Source of the DNA: an uncultured Pelagibacteraceae bacterium
GTDB taxonomy: Bacteria; Pseudomonadota; Alphaproteobacteria; Pelagibacterales; Pelagibacteraceae
Assembly: GCA_902608845.1 (NCBI GenBank)
Contig: CACLPR010000001.1
Coordinates: forward strand, 19,375 to 83,374
Length of the DNA: 64,000 nucleotides
Reading direction: 5' to 3'
A program made the position numbers and the translations under genes. Position 1 is the stretch's first letter; each line of letters starts with the position of its first letter. Below the pieces are notes generated by a model that was not told the DNA's origin, searched no databases, and worked only from the letters and a program-made list of their open reading frames with translations. Of the stretch, positions 48,812-58,799 are shown piece by piece.

Positions 48812-50149
48812 ATGTTTAAAAAAATACTTATAGCTAATAGAGGTGAGATAGCTGTGCGTGTTATAAGGGCTTGTAAAGAATGGGGTATTGCAACTGTAGC
48901 TATTCATTCAGATGTGGACAGAGATGGAATGCATGTAAGATTAGCTGATGAAAGTGTTTGTGTAGGTCCTCATCAACCATCGTTAAGTTATTTAAATATT
49001 CCTGCAATTATGTCAGCCATTGAACTCACGGGAGCTGAAGCTGTGCATCCTGGATATGGTTTTTTGTCAGAGAACTATGAATTTGCTAAAATATTAGAAG
49101 AAAACAATATAAAATTTATAGGTCCTTCCTCTAATTTAATTAAAATGATGGGAGATAAGATTCAAGCAAAAAAAGTTGCAAAAGAATATGGGCTTCCTGT
49201 TATAGAAGGATCAGATGGTGGAATTAAAGATTTGGAAGAAGCAAAAAAAATATGTGAGAATGTAGGCTTTCCTGTTTTAATCAAGGCGTCAGGTGGTGGT
49301 GGTGGAAAAGGAATGAAAATTGTCAATAAGTTAGAGGAATTTGAGAATCTTTTTTTAACAGCAAAACAAGAAGCAAAAAAATTTTTTAATAATGATGAAG
49401 TTTATATTGAAAAATTTTTTCAAAATCCAAGACATATAGAAGTTCAGGTGCTTTCGGGTAAAAATAGAACAGTGCATTTACATGAGAGAGATTGTTCTGT
49501 TCAAAGAAGACATCAAAAACTTATAGAAGAAACTCCAAGTCCTGTTTTAAATGATGCAATTAGAAAAGATCTGTTTGATAAAACAGTTAGTATGGTTAGC
49601 AAAATTGGGTATGAGGGTGCTGGAACAGTTGAATTCATATACGAGGATGGAAAATTCTTCTTTTTAGAGATGAATACTAGGGTACAAGTTGAACATCCAG
49701 TAACAGAGATGGTAACAGGAATTGACATAATAAAAGAGCAAATATGGATAGCTTTTTCAGGAAATACTGCGCTGAAACAGAGTGATGTAAACCCTAGAGG
49801 TCATGCTATCGAATGTAGAATTAATGCTGAGGATCCTAGTAATAATTTTCAACCTTCCCCAGGTAAAATAGGCATGTGTCATCAACCATCTGGCTTTAGA
49901 ACAAGAGTTGATGGATCAATTTACCAAGGATATAAAATTACACCTTACTACGATAGTATGGTCTGCAAAGTCATTACTCACGGAAGAAATAGAGAAGAGG
50001 CTATTCAAAGAATGTTAAGATCATTAGATGAGTTTGTAATTGAAGGAATAACAACTACAATTGAACTCCATAAAGTATTGCTAAATAACAAAAAATTTTT
50101 AAGTTCTAATTTCAATGTTAGTTGGCTAGATAATGAAAAAGTTATTTAA
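48812..50149 (+). CDS. accC: Biotin carboxylase
   Basis: IANRGEIA, HPGYGFLSEN, GGGGKG, RDCSVQRRHQK and EMNTR. Confidence 0.97.
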   Translation: MFKKILIANRGEIAVRVIRACKEWGIATVAIHSDVDRDGMHVRLADESVCVGPHQPSLSYLNIPAIMSAIELTGAEAVHPGYGFLSENYEFAKILEENNIKFIGPSSNLIKMMGDKIQAKKVAKEYGLPVIEGSDGGIKDLEEAKKICENVGFPVLIKASGGGGGKGMKIVNKLEEFENLFLTAKQEAKKFFNNDEVYIEKFFQNPRHIEVQVLSGKNRTVHLHERDCSVQRRHQKLIEETPSPVLNDAIRKDLFDKTVSMVSKIGYEGAGTVEFIYEDGKFFFLEMNTRVQVEHPVTEMVTGIDIIKEQIWIAFSGNTALKQSDVNPRGHAIECRINAEDPSNNFQPSPGKIGMCHQPSGFRTRVDGSIYQGYKITPYYDSMVCKVITHGRNREEAIQRMLRSLDEFVIEGITTTIELHKVLLNNKKFLSSNFNVSWLDNEKVI

Positions 50150-50550
50150 CTATAACATTTTTTTAACCAAACATCATATACCGGGTGGTCAAAGGGTCTT
50201 ATCGATGGACTTGAAGCAAAAGTCCAATCATTAAAAACAAATACTTTATCATTTTTATTCATTGAGACATCTTTAACTTGAATAAATGCGGTAACTTCAG
50301 GATCATCATCAAATGTTGAATTGTAACATTTTAAAACTTTTATAGTTAGATTTTGAAAAGAAAATTCTTCTCCAACTTGTATTTTAATATTTGTGTTTTT
50401 TGAACTTACTTTATCAAGAACACTTAATTCTGCTATTTTCTCACTTTTTGGCATAGTATCAGCAAGAGAATAATTTAATTTAATTAAAAAAAAAACTACT
50501 ACAAAAAAAAAATTAACTTTTCCAACTTTTATATTTTTTTTTAATTTCAC
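50146..50550 (-). CDS. DUF2155 family protein
   Basis: LDKVS and W.FASSP....FDHPVYDVWL..C. Confidence 0.8.
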   Translation of the reverse strand: MKLKKNIKVGKVNFFFVVVFFLIKLNYSLADTMPKSEKIAELSVLDKVSSKNTNIKIQVGEEFSFQNLTIKVLKCYNSTFDDDPEVTAFIQVKDVSMNKNDKVFVFNDWTFASSPSIRPFDHPVYDVWLKKCYS

Positions 50551-50872
50551 GATTAAATTTTTTTGGGTGATAAGAGTTAGCGGAGCCAGTTTGATTCGAT
50601 AAATGTTCTTTTTGCCAGTGATATTTTTTTAAGTCGTGATTGTTCTCTATTTGATTATTCATATAATGCATCCATGAATACCACTCATTAGGTATTTTTG
50701 ATGCCTCAACTTCACCATTATAAATTACCCATCTTCTTCCTGATTTACTTTCAAAATATTTATTTCCATTCTTATCTTCTCCAACTAATTTTCCTGAAAA
50801 AAATATTTGTAATCTAGTTCCAAATGTCTGTTGATTCCACCAAGTAAAAATTTGTTTAAATACTGTCAACAT
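50513..50872 (-). CDS. NADH:ubiquinone oxidoreductase NDUFA12-like subunit
   Basis: G.LVGED..GNKYF, RRWVIY and IP.EW.SWMH. Confidence 0.9.
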   Translation of the reverse strand: MLTVFKQIFTWWNQQTFGTRLQIFFSGKLVGEDKNGNKYFESKSGRRWVIYNGEVEASKIPNEWYSWMHYMNNQIENNHDLKKYHWQKEHLSNQTGSANSYHPKKFNREIKKKYKSWKS

Positions 50873-50988
50873 AAATGTTTAATTTTATTTCAATTTATAA
50901 TTGTAAAAAATAAATTAGACTAAAATTTTAAATTTCTATATACTTTATAAACTTAAGATTCAATTTTAAAAATAAATAAGGAAATTTA

Positions 50989-51813
50989 ATGGCAAAATAT
51001 TTAGTAGAAACGTATTACACCTGTAGTTTTAAAGTAAGTCATTACCTAGATGATATCGACGAAAAAAATATCCAAAATATAGAGAAAAGAGATGACGGTA
51101 AATTTGAGATACTAGACGTAAAACTAGATAATAGAAAAACTAAAAATTTAGAAAAAATTGAAAAAAATAAGATAAATGTTGTTGAAAAAGAGCTTCCTCT
51201 AACTCAGCAAAAAAATAGCCTTAAAATTAACCAAGAAATGTTTACTCAAAACATTAAAGATAAGAATGGAAAAAGATTTAGTATGCCAGACAGAAGAAAA
51301 GGATATATCCAAAAAGCATCGATTGGTGATCACAAAGTATATCTTCACACAGGTGAATACGAAGATGGTAAAATAGGAGAAATATTTATAGATACAAGTA
51401 AAGAAGGTGAGCTAGTAAAAGCTACAATGAATAACTTTGCGATAGCTGTTTCACTTGGATTACAGTATGGAGTTCCTTTAGATGAATTTGTTAATGCCTT
51501 TGTAGATACTAAATTTGAACCCTCAGGAAAGGTATTTGGAAATGACAGAATTTTAAGTGCAACGTCAATATTAGATTATATATTTAGAGAATTAGCAATA
51601 TCATATTTAAATAGAGAAGATCTAGCTCATACACCTTCTATTGGAGGAGCTGATACTTTAGATGAAACTGGTGCGGATGAAAATAGTGAAGATAAAACTC
51701 AATTCTTAAAATTAGTAAAAGATATCACAAGCAAAGGATTTGTAAGAAGTAATTATAAAAAGAAATTAGTAGATCTGTCAGATATAAAAATTAATCTTAA
51801 AGGAAAAAAATAA
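50989..51813 (+). CDS. Stand-alone C-terminal (TSCPD-like) domain of class II ribonucleotide reductase NrdJ
   Basis: [37 protein letters not shown] and [11 protein letters not shown]; no catalytic barrel. Confidence 0.8.
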   Translation: MAKYLVETYYTCSFKVSHYLDDIDEKNIQNIEKRDDGKFEILDVKLDNRKTKNLEKIEKNKINVVEKELPLTQQKNSLKINQEMFTQNIKDKNGKRFSMPDRRKGYIQKASIGDHKVYLHTGEYEDGKIGEIFIDTSKEGELVKATMNNFAIAVSLGLQYGVPLDEFVNAFVDTKFEPSGKVFGNDRILSATSILDYIFRELAISYLNREDLAHTPSIGGADTLDETGADENSEDKTQFLKLVKDITSKGFVRSNYKKKLVDLSDIKINLKGKK

Positions 51814-53598
51814 TTAATTTTTCTTTTTTAATGATAAATTCAGCTCTTTTAATTGATCCCCAGAAATTTCAGATGGTGCATTCATCATTAAATCTTGAGC
51901 ATTTTGATTCATTGGAAACATAGTAATCTCTCTAATATTTTTTTCATTCGCTAAAAGCATAACGATCCTATCAATACCTGGAGCTATACCTCCATGAGGT
52001 GGAGCTCCATAGCTCAAAGCATTTATCATTCCACTAAATTTACTATTAACATCATTTTTCGAATAACCGGCAATTTCAAATAATTTATACATTAATTCAG
52101 GAACATGGTTTCTTATAGCACCTGATGATAACTCTATTCCATTACAAACAATATCATATTGATAGGCTTTAATATTTAAAGGATTAGATAAATCTAATTT
52201 ATTTATTTCACCTTGAGGCATTGAGAATGGATTATGACTAAATTTTATTTTTTTATTAGTTTCATCAATCTCATACATTGGATAGTCAATAATCCAACAA
52301 AATGAGAATATTTCATTATCAATTAAATCTAAATCTTCAGCTATTTTGTTTCTTGCAACACTTAATATTTTTTCTACATCATTTTTTTTTCCACAAGAAA
52401 GAAATACCGTATCACCTATATTAGCATTTGTTAGTTTCATGATTTCTAATAATGCATTCTCTGAAAAGAATTTTCCAATTGGTCCTTTAGCGTTAATTTT
52501 ATCATCTTTTTCTAATGTAAAATATGCTAGACCAGAGGAACCTTGCTCTTTTGCCCATCTATCAATACCATCAAAGAAACTTCTTGGTTTATTCTTTGTA
52601 TTTTTACTAACTATCGCCCTAACTAGTGAGCCACTTTTCACTAGTTTTTTAAAAATATCAAATTTCACATCTTCTCTTTCAAAAACAATTGTTAAATCTG
52701 AAATTTCTAAAGGATTTCTTAAATCTGGTTTATCTGATCCATATTTAAGCATTGCATCTTCATAAGTAATCCTTGGGAACTTTTCATGAAGAATTTTTTT
52801 ATTACTAAATGTTTTAAATAATTTTAGAAATAAGGTTTCAATTACCGCAAAGACATCCTCTTGTTCAACGAAAGACATTTCAACATCTAATTGATAAAAT
52901 TCTCCAGGACTTCTATCTGATCTGGCATCCTCGTCTCTGAAACAAGGTGCTATTTGAAAATATTTGTCGAAACCAGAAACCATTATTAGTTGCTTAAATT
53001 GTTGAGGAGCTTGTGGTAAGGCATAAAATTTTCCAGGATTTAATCTACTTGGTACAAGAAAATCTCTTGCTCCTTCTGGGCTAGATGAAGTTAAAATAGG
53101 AGTTTGAAATTCTAAAAAACCAAGTTTTTGCATCTCATTTCTAATAAATGAGATTACTTTTGATCTTAAGATAATATTTTGATGTATTTTTTTTCGTCTT
53201 AAATCTAAAAATCTATACTTAAGTCTTATTTCCTCAGCATATTCTTGATCTGAAAAAACTGGCATTGGTAATTCTTTAGTTTCCCCAAGAATATCAATAT
53301 TATTAATTTTGACTTCAATTTCGCCAGTAGAAATGTTTTTATTTATTGTTTCATTTGATCTCTCAATAACCACTCCCTTAATTTGAATTACTGTTTCCAA
53401 AGAAAGTTTTTCAATTTTCTTAAAAATTTCATTACTTTTGTCTATAACGCATTGAGTAATTCCAAAATTATCTCTTAAGTCTACAAATAAAAGATTGCCA
53501 TGGTCTCTTTTTTTGTTAATCCAGCCAGATAGAGAAATTTCCTTTTCTTTATGTAACTTGGTTAACTCTCCACAATTATGAGTTCTATATTTATTCAA
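51814..53598 (-). CDS. aspS: Aspartate--tRNA ligase
   Basis: YRTH.CGEL, RDHG, LPQAPQQFKQ, CFRDED and GAPPHGGIA.G.DR. Confidence 0.97.
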   Translation of the reverse strand: MNKYRTHNCGELTKLHKEKEISLSGWINKKRDHGNLLFVDLRDNFGITQCVIDKSNEIFKKIEKLSLETVIQIKGVVIERSNETINKNISTGEIEVKINNIDILGETKELPMPVFSDQEYAEEIRLKYRFLDLRRKKIHQNIILRSKVISFIRNEMQKLGFLEFQTPILTSSSPEGARDFLVPSRLNPGKFYALPQAPQQFKQLIMVSGFDKYFQIAPCFRDEDARSDRSPGEFYQLDVEMSFVEQEDVFAVIETLFLKLFKTFSNKKILHEKFPRITYEDAMLKYGSDKPDLRNPLEISDLTIVFEREDVKFDIFKKLVKSGSLVRAIVSKNTKNKPRSFFDGIDRWAKEQGSSGLAYFTLEKDDKINAKGPIGKFFSENALLEIMKLTNANIGDTVFLSCGKKNDVEKILSVARNKIAEDLDLIDNEIFSFCWIIDYPMYEIDETNKKIKFSHNPFSMPQGEINKLDLSNPLNIKAYQYDIVCNGIELSSGAIRNHVPELMYKLFEIAGYSKNDVNSKFSGMINALSYGAPPHGGIAPGIDRIVMLLANEKNIREITMFPMNQNAQDLMMNAPSEISGDQLKELNLSLKKKN

Positions 53599-53599
53599 T

Positions 53600-54256
53600 T
53601 TACAAAATCTCTTTTATAGTTTTTAAATTAATTGGTTTTTTTTTTTTTAAGCTTAACTCGTCAATCTTATATATAAATTCATCAATTTTTCTATAAGATC
53701 TATCAATTCTACTAATTATAAAATTTATTATTTTTTTTTCAATTTTGATCTGACGATCAGAAAAATTCTTTAAAATTATAGCAAAAAGTAATTCATCATC
53801 TGGATTTTCAATTACTGCGTAAAGACAATTTTTTGATCTTGAGGTTAAATCAGGAAGTCTGAATTTTATTTCATTTATTGGTTTTAATGAATTTATCAAT
53901 AAATACTTACTATCCTGATCTATTAAATTAAAAATTGAATAAAGTATTTCTTCCTGATTACATTCTTCAAAATCATCAACAATTATACTTTCGTGTAATT
54001 TAATACTTTTAAAAATTGAATCATCAATTTTATTTCCCTTAACTAAAAAAGCTTTAGATTTTAATTTAAAGATATTTGCTAGGTGACTTTTTCCAGAGAA
54101 TTTTTCACCTGATATATTTAATATTTTTTTGTCCCAGTCAGGCCATCTATTAATCAAGTTAAATGCATTAGAATTACTTTTCGATAAATAAAAATCATGT
54201 TCATTAAAATTAATTTTATAATCAAAATCTAAAAGTAATTGATTTAATTCACTCAT
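53600..54256 (-). CDS. DnaA/Hda-family AAA+ protein
   Basis: QL.LDF clamp-binding motif, SN..A, SGKSHL and LPDL.SR. Confidence 0.82.
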   Translation of the reverse strand: MSELNQLLLDFDYKINFNEHDFYLSKSNSNAFNLINRWPDWDKKILNISGEKFSGKSHLANIFKLKSKAFLVKGNKIDDSIFKSIKLHESIIVDDFEECNQEEILYSIFNLIDQDSKYLLINSLKPINEIKFRLPDLTSRSKNCLYAVIENPDDELLFAIILKNFSDRQIKIEKKIINFIISRIDRSYRKIDEFIYKIDELSLKKKKPINLKTIKEIL

Positions 54257-55329
54257 TTTATTTTCCAGTTAGTTGAAGAAGTATCAATATTAATTCCATA
54301 AGATAAAATATCTTTTAAAAATCTTTTTGGACTACTGCTGTAATAAACTTTATAAATAATCATTTTACTATCAAACTTTTCAATATTATAGCTATTAACA
54401 AAATCTAAATTAATCAAAGCATTTTCTAATTTTAATGATTTTTCTGTATTATTTGACCCTACTGATAATCGGATTGGAACAGATGTGGATGGACTCATTT
54501 TATTAATAGATTTCCAATTGTCTTCATAATCGTTTTTTATATCAAGTATCATTGAATTTAAGTCTATTTGATTATCTATATTTTTATCTTTAAAATTTTT
54601 ACTTATTATTTCAAACTTATCATCAAAATTAATTTTTGAATAAAATTTAATATTATTTTTTCTTTTAAAAATTATCATTATTATAAAATTTTCAGAATTA
54701 TATTTTTTCAGTATTTTTTTGAAATTATAATTTTCTATATCTTGTAAGTTTTTTTTTATAATTAAATAATCTTCTACATCCTCGTTTGGCATAACATAAG
54801 TAATTTGAAAATAATTTTTTTCGATACTTTGCCAATTCTTTGCAAAAATGTTTTCACTTAAGTAGTTTAAATTATTTGTTTCTAAATTAACTAGAATTGG
54901 TATTAAAAAAACATCTATTTTTTTCGGTAATGAAATAGTTATATTTCTAGAGTCTAAAAATTTAATTAACTTTTTTCTATTAAACTCTACTTCCATAATA
55001 CTTTTATATTTTTGATTAACAAATTTTTCATCCAAAATTGAAAAGTTTTCTATCAATTTTTTAATATCTTTTATTTGTGTGTTTTTAATTTTATCAAGAT
55101 CTTTTCTCTCAAGTATCATTTGAGAGATATCTTCAAATGCTTTTTTAAAACCTCTATCGATAACTTTAAGTTTATTAAAATTAAGATTATATTTTTCCTC
55201 AACTTCAATTTTTGAAACTACAAAAGTTTTTGCAATTACCTCCTTTGTGGAAAACTCTATAAAATTAAAGGTTAAAATTATAAAAAATATATATAAGGAA
55301 TTTGATATATTTTTTTTAAAAAAATACAT
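54253..55329 (-). CDS. Exported hypothetical protein (DUF2066-like)
   Basis: Signal-like N-terminus; position divergent from purM as in other alphaproteobacteria; start moved to the ATG at 55329. Confidence 0.55.
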   Translation of the reverse strand: MYFFKKNISNSLYIFFIILTFNFIEFSTKEVIAKTFVVSKIEVEEKYNLNFNKLKVIDRGFKKAFEDISQMILERKDLDKIKNTQIKDIKKLIENFSILDEKFVNQKYKSIMEVEFNRKKLIKFLDSRNITISLPKKIDVFLIPILVNLETNNLNYLSENIFAKNWQSIEKNYFQITYVMPNEDVEDYLIIKKNLQDIENYNFKKILKKYNSENFIIMIIFKRKNNIKFYSKINFDDKFEIISKNFKDKNIDNQIDLNSMILDIKNDYEDNWKSINKMSPSTSVPIRLSVGSNNTEKSLKLENALINLDFVNSYNIEKFDSKMIIYKVYYSSSPKRFLKDILSYGINIDTSSTNWKIK

Positions 55330-55340
55330 AACTTTGTTAT

Positions 55341-56363
55341 ATGGCATCAAATAAATTAACATACAGTAAGAGTGGAGTTAATATTTCAAAAGCAGATAGT
55401 TTTGTTAAGTTCATAAGTTCGCTATCAAGAAAATCAAGAAAAAGTGGTGATTTTAAGAATATAGGAGGTTTTGGAGCAATCTCGCCAATACCCAGACAAC
55501 TAAAAGAACCTCACATTGTTACTAGCACTGATGGAGTTGGAACAAAAATTGAGATTGCAAATGATCTAAATAAATTTGATACAATTGGAATAGATCTTGT
55601 CGCGATGTGTGTAAATGATTTGATCGTTCAAGGAGCGAAGCCTTATTTGTTCTTAGACTACATTTCGATTAGCAAAATTAATTTGAGTAAATTAAAACAT
55701 TTAGTTAAAGGCATTGTTAAGGGATGTGATATTGCAGGTTGCAAATTAGTTGGTGGTGAAACTGCTGAAATGCCAGGAACGTATACTAAAGGAAAATTTG
55801 ATATAGCGGGTTTTGCTGTTGGTCTTGTTGAAAAGAAAAAAATACTTAATAAAAAAATTAAAAATAATGATCTTATTTTAGCTGTACCTTCTAATGGACT
55901 TCACTCTAACGGTTATTCCTTAGTAAGATATCTTTTAAAAAAAAAAAAAATAAATTTAAAAAAAAGTAAATTCCTCAAAAACGAATTGATTAGACCAACT
56001 AAAATTTATGTAAAAGAATTATCTCTTATTAATGAGAAAAATTTAATAAATGGATGTGCAAATATAACTGGTGGAGGCTTAGTGGATAATATTAAAAGAA
56101 TAATACCAAAAAATTTATGTGCTGAAATAGATCTAAATAGAGTTAAAACATTAAATATTTTTACATGGTTACATGAAATGGGTGTAAGTGAAAAAGAAAT
56201 GTTAAAGACCTTTAATTGTGGTGTAGGTTTTTGTCTAATGACAAATTCTAGAAACTTAAACTCAGTAAGTAAATATTTTGGAAAAAAATTTAAACCCTAT
56301 ATAATTGGAAAAATAGTTAAAAATTCAAAAAAAGTTAAATTAAGTGGAAAAATATCCTGGTAA
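55341..56363 (+). CDS. purM: Phosphoribosylformylglycinamidine cyclo-ligase
   Basis: TDGVGTK, DLVAMCVND, GGETAEMP, HSNGYSL and TFNCGVG. Confidence 0.97.
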   Translation: MASNKLTYSKSGVNISKADSFVKFISSLSRKSRKSGDFKNIGGFGAISPIPRQLKEPHIVTSTDGVGTKIEIANDLNKFDTIGIDLVAMCVNDLIVQGAKPYLFLDYISISKINLSKLKHLVKGIVKGCDIAGCKLVGGETAEMPGTYTKGKFDIAGFAVGLVEKKKILNKKIKNNDLILAVPSNGLHSNGYSLVRYLLKKKKINLKKSKFLKNELIRPTKIYVKELSLINEKNLINGCANITGGGLVDNIKRIIPKNLCAEIDLNRVKTLNIFTWLHEMGVSEKEMLKTFNCGVGFCLMTNSRNLNSVSKYFGKKFKPYIIGKIVKNSKKVKLSGKISW

Positions 56364-56916
56364 AAAAAATACTGCTGTTTTTATTAGTGGTAGAGGTAGT
56401 AACTTAAAATCTTTAATAAAACACTCAAAAAAAAAAAATTCTTTAATTAAAATTATATTAGTTATTTCAAACAATCCAGATGCTGAGGGACTAAAATATG
56501 CATCTAAATCTGAAATAGAGATTTATGGAATTAAAAATAAATCAAATTTTGAAAATAAGTCACTTAAATTACTAGATAAATATAATATAGATTTAATTTG
56601 TTTAGCTGGGTTTATGAAAATCTTGTCAGGTAATTTTATAAAAAAATTTTCTAAGCCAATATTAAATATTCACCCATCACTTTTGCCAAAGTATAAAGGA
56701 TTAAATACGCATGAGAGAGCAATTAAAAATAAGGATCGATTTGCAGGAGCATCAATTCACAAAGTAACAGAAAAATTAGATTCGGGTAAAATTATTTTAC
56801 AAAAGAAGGTTAAAATCCTAAAATCAGATGATGTAAGAAGTTTGGAAAAAAAAGTGCTTAAAATTGAACATGAGATATATCCAAAAGCTATTGATAAGTT
56901 TTTAACTAATCTTTAA
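56344..56916 (+). CDS. purN: Phosphoribosylglycinamide formyltransferase
   Basis: SGRGSN, LAGFMKIL and NIHPSLLP. Confidence 0.96.
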   Translation: MEKYPGKKNTAVFISGRGSNLKSLIKHSKKKNSLIKIILVISNNPDAEGLKYASKSEIEIYGIKNKSNFENKSLKLLDKYNIDLICLAGFMKILSGNFIKKFSKPILNIHPSLLPKYKGLNTHERAIKNKDRFAGASIHKVTEKLDSGKIILQKKVKILKSDDVRSLEKKVLKIEHEIYPKAIDKFLTNL

Positions 56917-57316
56917 AAAAAAAATCTAACTCTATCTTTGCGTTTTCAACACTATCTGATCCATGAACAGAGTTTTTATCAATTGAGATACCATATTTTT
57001 TTCGAAGTGTTCCTTCTTCTGCATCTTTAGGGTTAGTCGCTCCCATTAATTTTCTATTTTCTAAAACTGCGTTATCTTTTTGAAGAGTTATTACAACAAT
57101 TGGTCCAGAAGATAAGTAAGCACATAAATCATTATAAAATGGTTTAGACTCATGAACTTTATAAAACTTTTCAGCTTCTTCTTTAGAAATATGAATTTTT
57201 TTTTCCTTTAAAATTTCAAATCCATTACTTCTAAATTCATTTTTAATCTGATCTTGCAAATTTCTTTCAACAGCATCTGGCTTAATTATTGATAATGTTT
57301 GTTCAATATTACTCAT
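56906..57316 (-). CDS. ndk: Nucleoside diphosphate kinase
   Basis: IIKPDAV and NSVHGSDS. Confidence 0.97.
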   Translation of the reverse strand: MSNIEQTLSIIKPDAVERNLQDQIKNEFRSNGFEILKEKKIHISKEEAEKFYKVHESKPFYNDLCAYLSSGPIVVITLQKDNAVLENRKLMGATNPKDAEEGTLRKKYGISIDKNSVHGSDSVENAKIELDFFFKD

Positions 57317-58742
57317 AATTCTCCTCTATAAATTTGTTTAATAATCTAACACCATATCCAGTTGCGCCACCTGAATTCAATGCTCCAGCATATTTAGAAA
57401 AAGCCATTCCAGCAATATCTAAATGCGCCCAAGGTGTTTTATTAATTATAAATCTTTGTAAAAATTGAGCTGCAGTTGTTGATCCCGCTCCTCCAACATA
57501 ATTAATATTTTGCATATCGGCATTATTTGAATTCATTAATTTGTTATAATTCTCATGAAGTGGCATTGCCCATACTTTTTCTTCTACATGCTCTCCAGCA
57601 TCGAAAAGTTGTTTAGATAATTTTTTATTATTTGACCAGAGTCCAGCATATTCAGATCCAAGTGCAACAATTATTGCTCCAGTTAATGTTGCTAAGTCAA
57701 TAATTAGACTTGGCTTAAATTTCTCCTCAGTATATGTAAGTGCATCTGCTAAAACTAGTCTTCCCTCAGCATCTGTATTTAAAACTTCGATTGTTTGTCC
57801 GCTGTAAGATTTTACAATATCTCCAGGTCTTTGGGCATTTGCTCCAGGCATATTTTCAACTAATCCAACAACTCCAACTGCATTAATTTTAGATTTTCTT
57901 AAAGCTAAAGTTTTCATAAGACCAACTACTGTTGCTGAACCAGCCATATCATATGTCATGTCTTCCATAAATTTTGCAGGTTTGAGTGAAATTCCACCAG
58001 TATCAAAACAAACACCTTTACCAACGAAGGCTAAAGGTTTTGATTTATTTTTATTTCCATTCCACTCAATAGTAACCATATAAGAACCTCTGATACTTCC
58101 TTGTCCAACACCGAGCAATGCATTAAAACCTAATTTTTTTAATCTCTTTTGGTCATAAACTGTTACTTTTAATCCAAACTTTCTTAATTTAACAATTCTC
58201 TTTGCGTATTCATCTGGGTGCAAAATATTTCCAGGTTCAGAAACTAAATCTCTTGTAAGAAAAACTCCTTTCAAAAGTGCATTTAATTTATTTCTTAGTA
58301 AATTTTTTTGTTTAATATTACTGCCAACAACGCTTAAGTTTATATTAACATTTTTTTTCTTATCTGTTTTATAAAGATTAAAATTATACGACTTAAGTTG
58401 TGCTCCATGAAGAAACTTTTCTAATTGTACATTAGTAAAAGAATTATTTTCTACATTTATAAATGAATTCTCTTTTTTATTATCCTTTAAAAAAACAAAT
58501 AATTTCGAACCAAGTTTTTCAAAATCTAATGAAACTTTTGACTTCGTACAATTTACTAATATGTAACTTTTGCTATTATAATCTTTTGTAAGGAAATTTT
58601 GTTCCATGAAAAGTTTATTAGAAAAGACTGATTTTGTTAAATCTTTAATCTCTTTATTTTTTTTAACTTTTTGAGTTAGCAGGATAATCTCATTATCCTT
58701 TGCAATTTTTGGGACTTTGTTTACAAAATTTAAATTTAGCAT
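57309..58742 (-). CDS. pepA: Leucyl aminopeptidase (M17)
   Basis: VGKGVCFDTGG, NTDAEGRL and HLDIAG. Confidence 0.95.
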   Translation of the reverse strand: MLNLNFVNKVPKIAKDNEIILLTQKVKKNKEIKDLTKSVFSNKLFMEQNFLTKDYNSKSYILVNCTKSKVSLDFEKLGSKLFVFLKDNKKENSFINVENNSFTNVQLEKFLHGAQLKSYNFNLYKTDKKKNVNINLSVVGSNIKQKNLLRNKLNALLKGVFLTRDLVSEPGNILHPDEYAKRIVKLRKFGLKVTVYDQKRLKKLGFNALLGVGQGSIRGSYMVTIEWNGNKNKSKPLAFVGKGVCFDTGGISLKPAKFMEDMTYDMAGSATVVGLMKTLALRKSKINAVGVVGLVENMPGANAQRPGDIVKSYSGQTIEVLNTDAEGRLVLADALTYTEEKFKPSLIIDLATLTGAIIVALGSEYAGLWSNNKKLSKQLFDAGEHVEEKVWAMPLHENYNKLMNSNNADMQNINYVGGAGSTTAAQFLQRFIINKTPWAHLDIAGMAFSKYAGALNSGGATGYGVRLLNKFIEENYE

Positions 58743-58799
58743 TATTTTTTTGAAATATTTATCAGATAATGTTGTATATTTATAAAAACATAAATTTCA

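Noticed and set aside
55937-56438. Long poly-A tracts in purM (14 A) and purN (12 A) as phase-variation switches
   Set aside because: Both are in frame in housekeeping genes and encode Lys runs; such tracts are common throughout this AT-rich window
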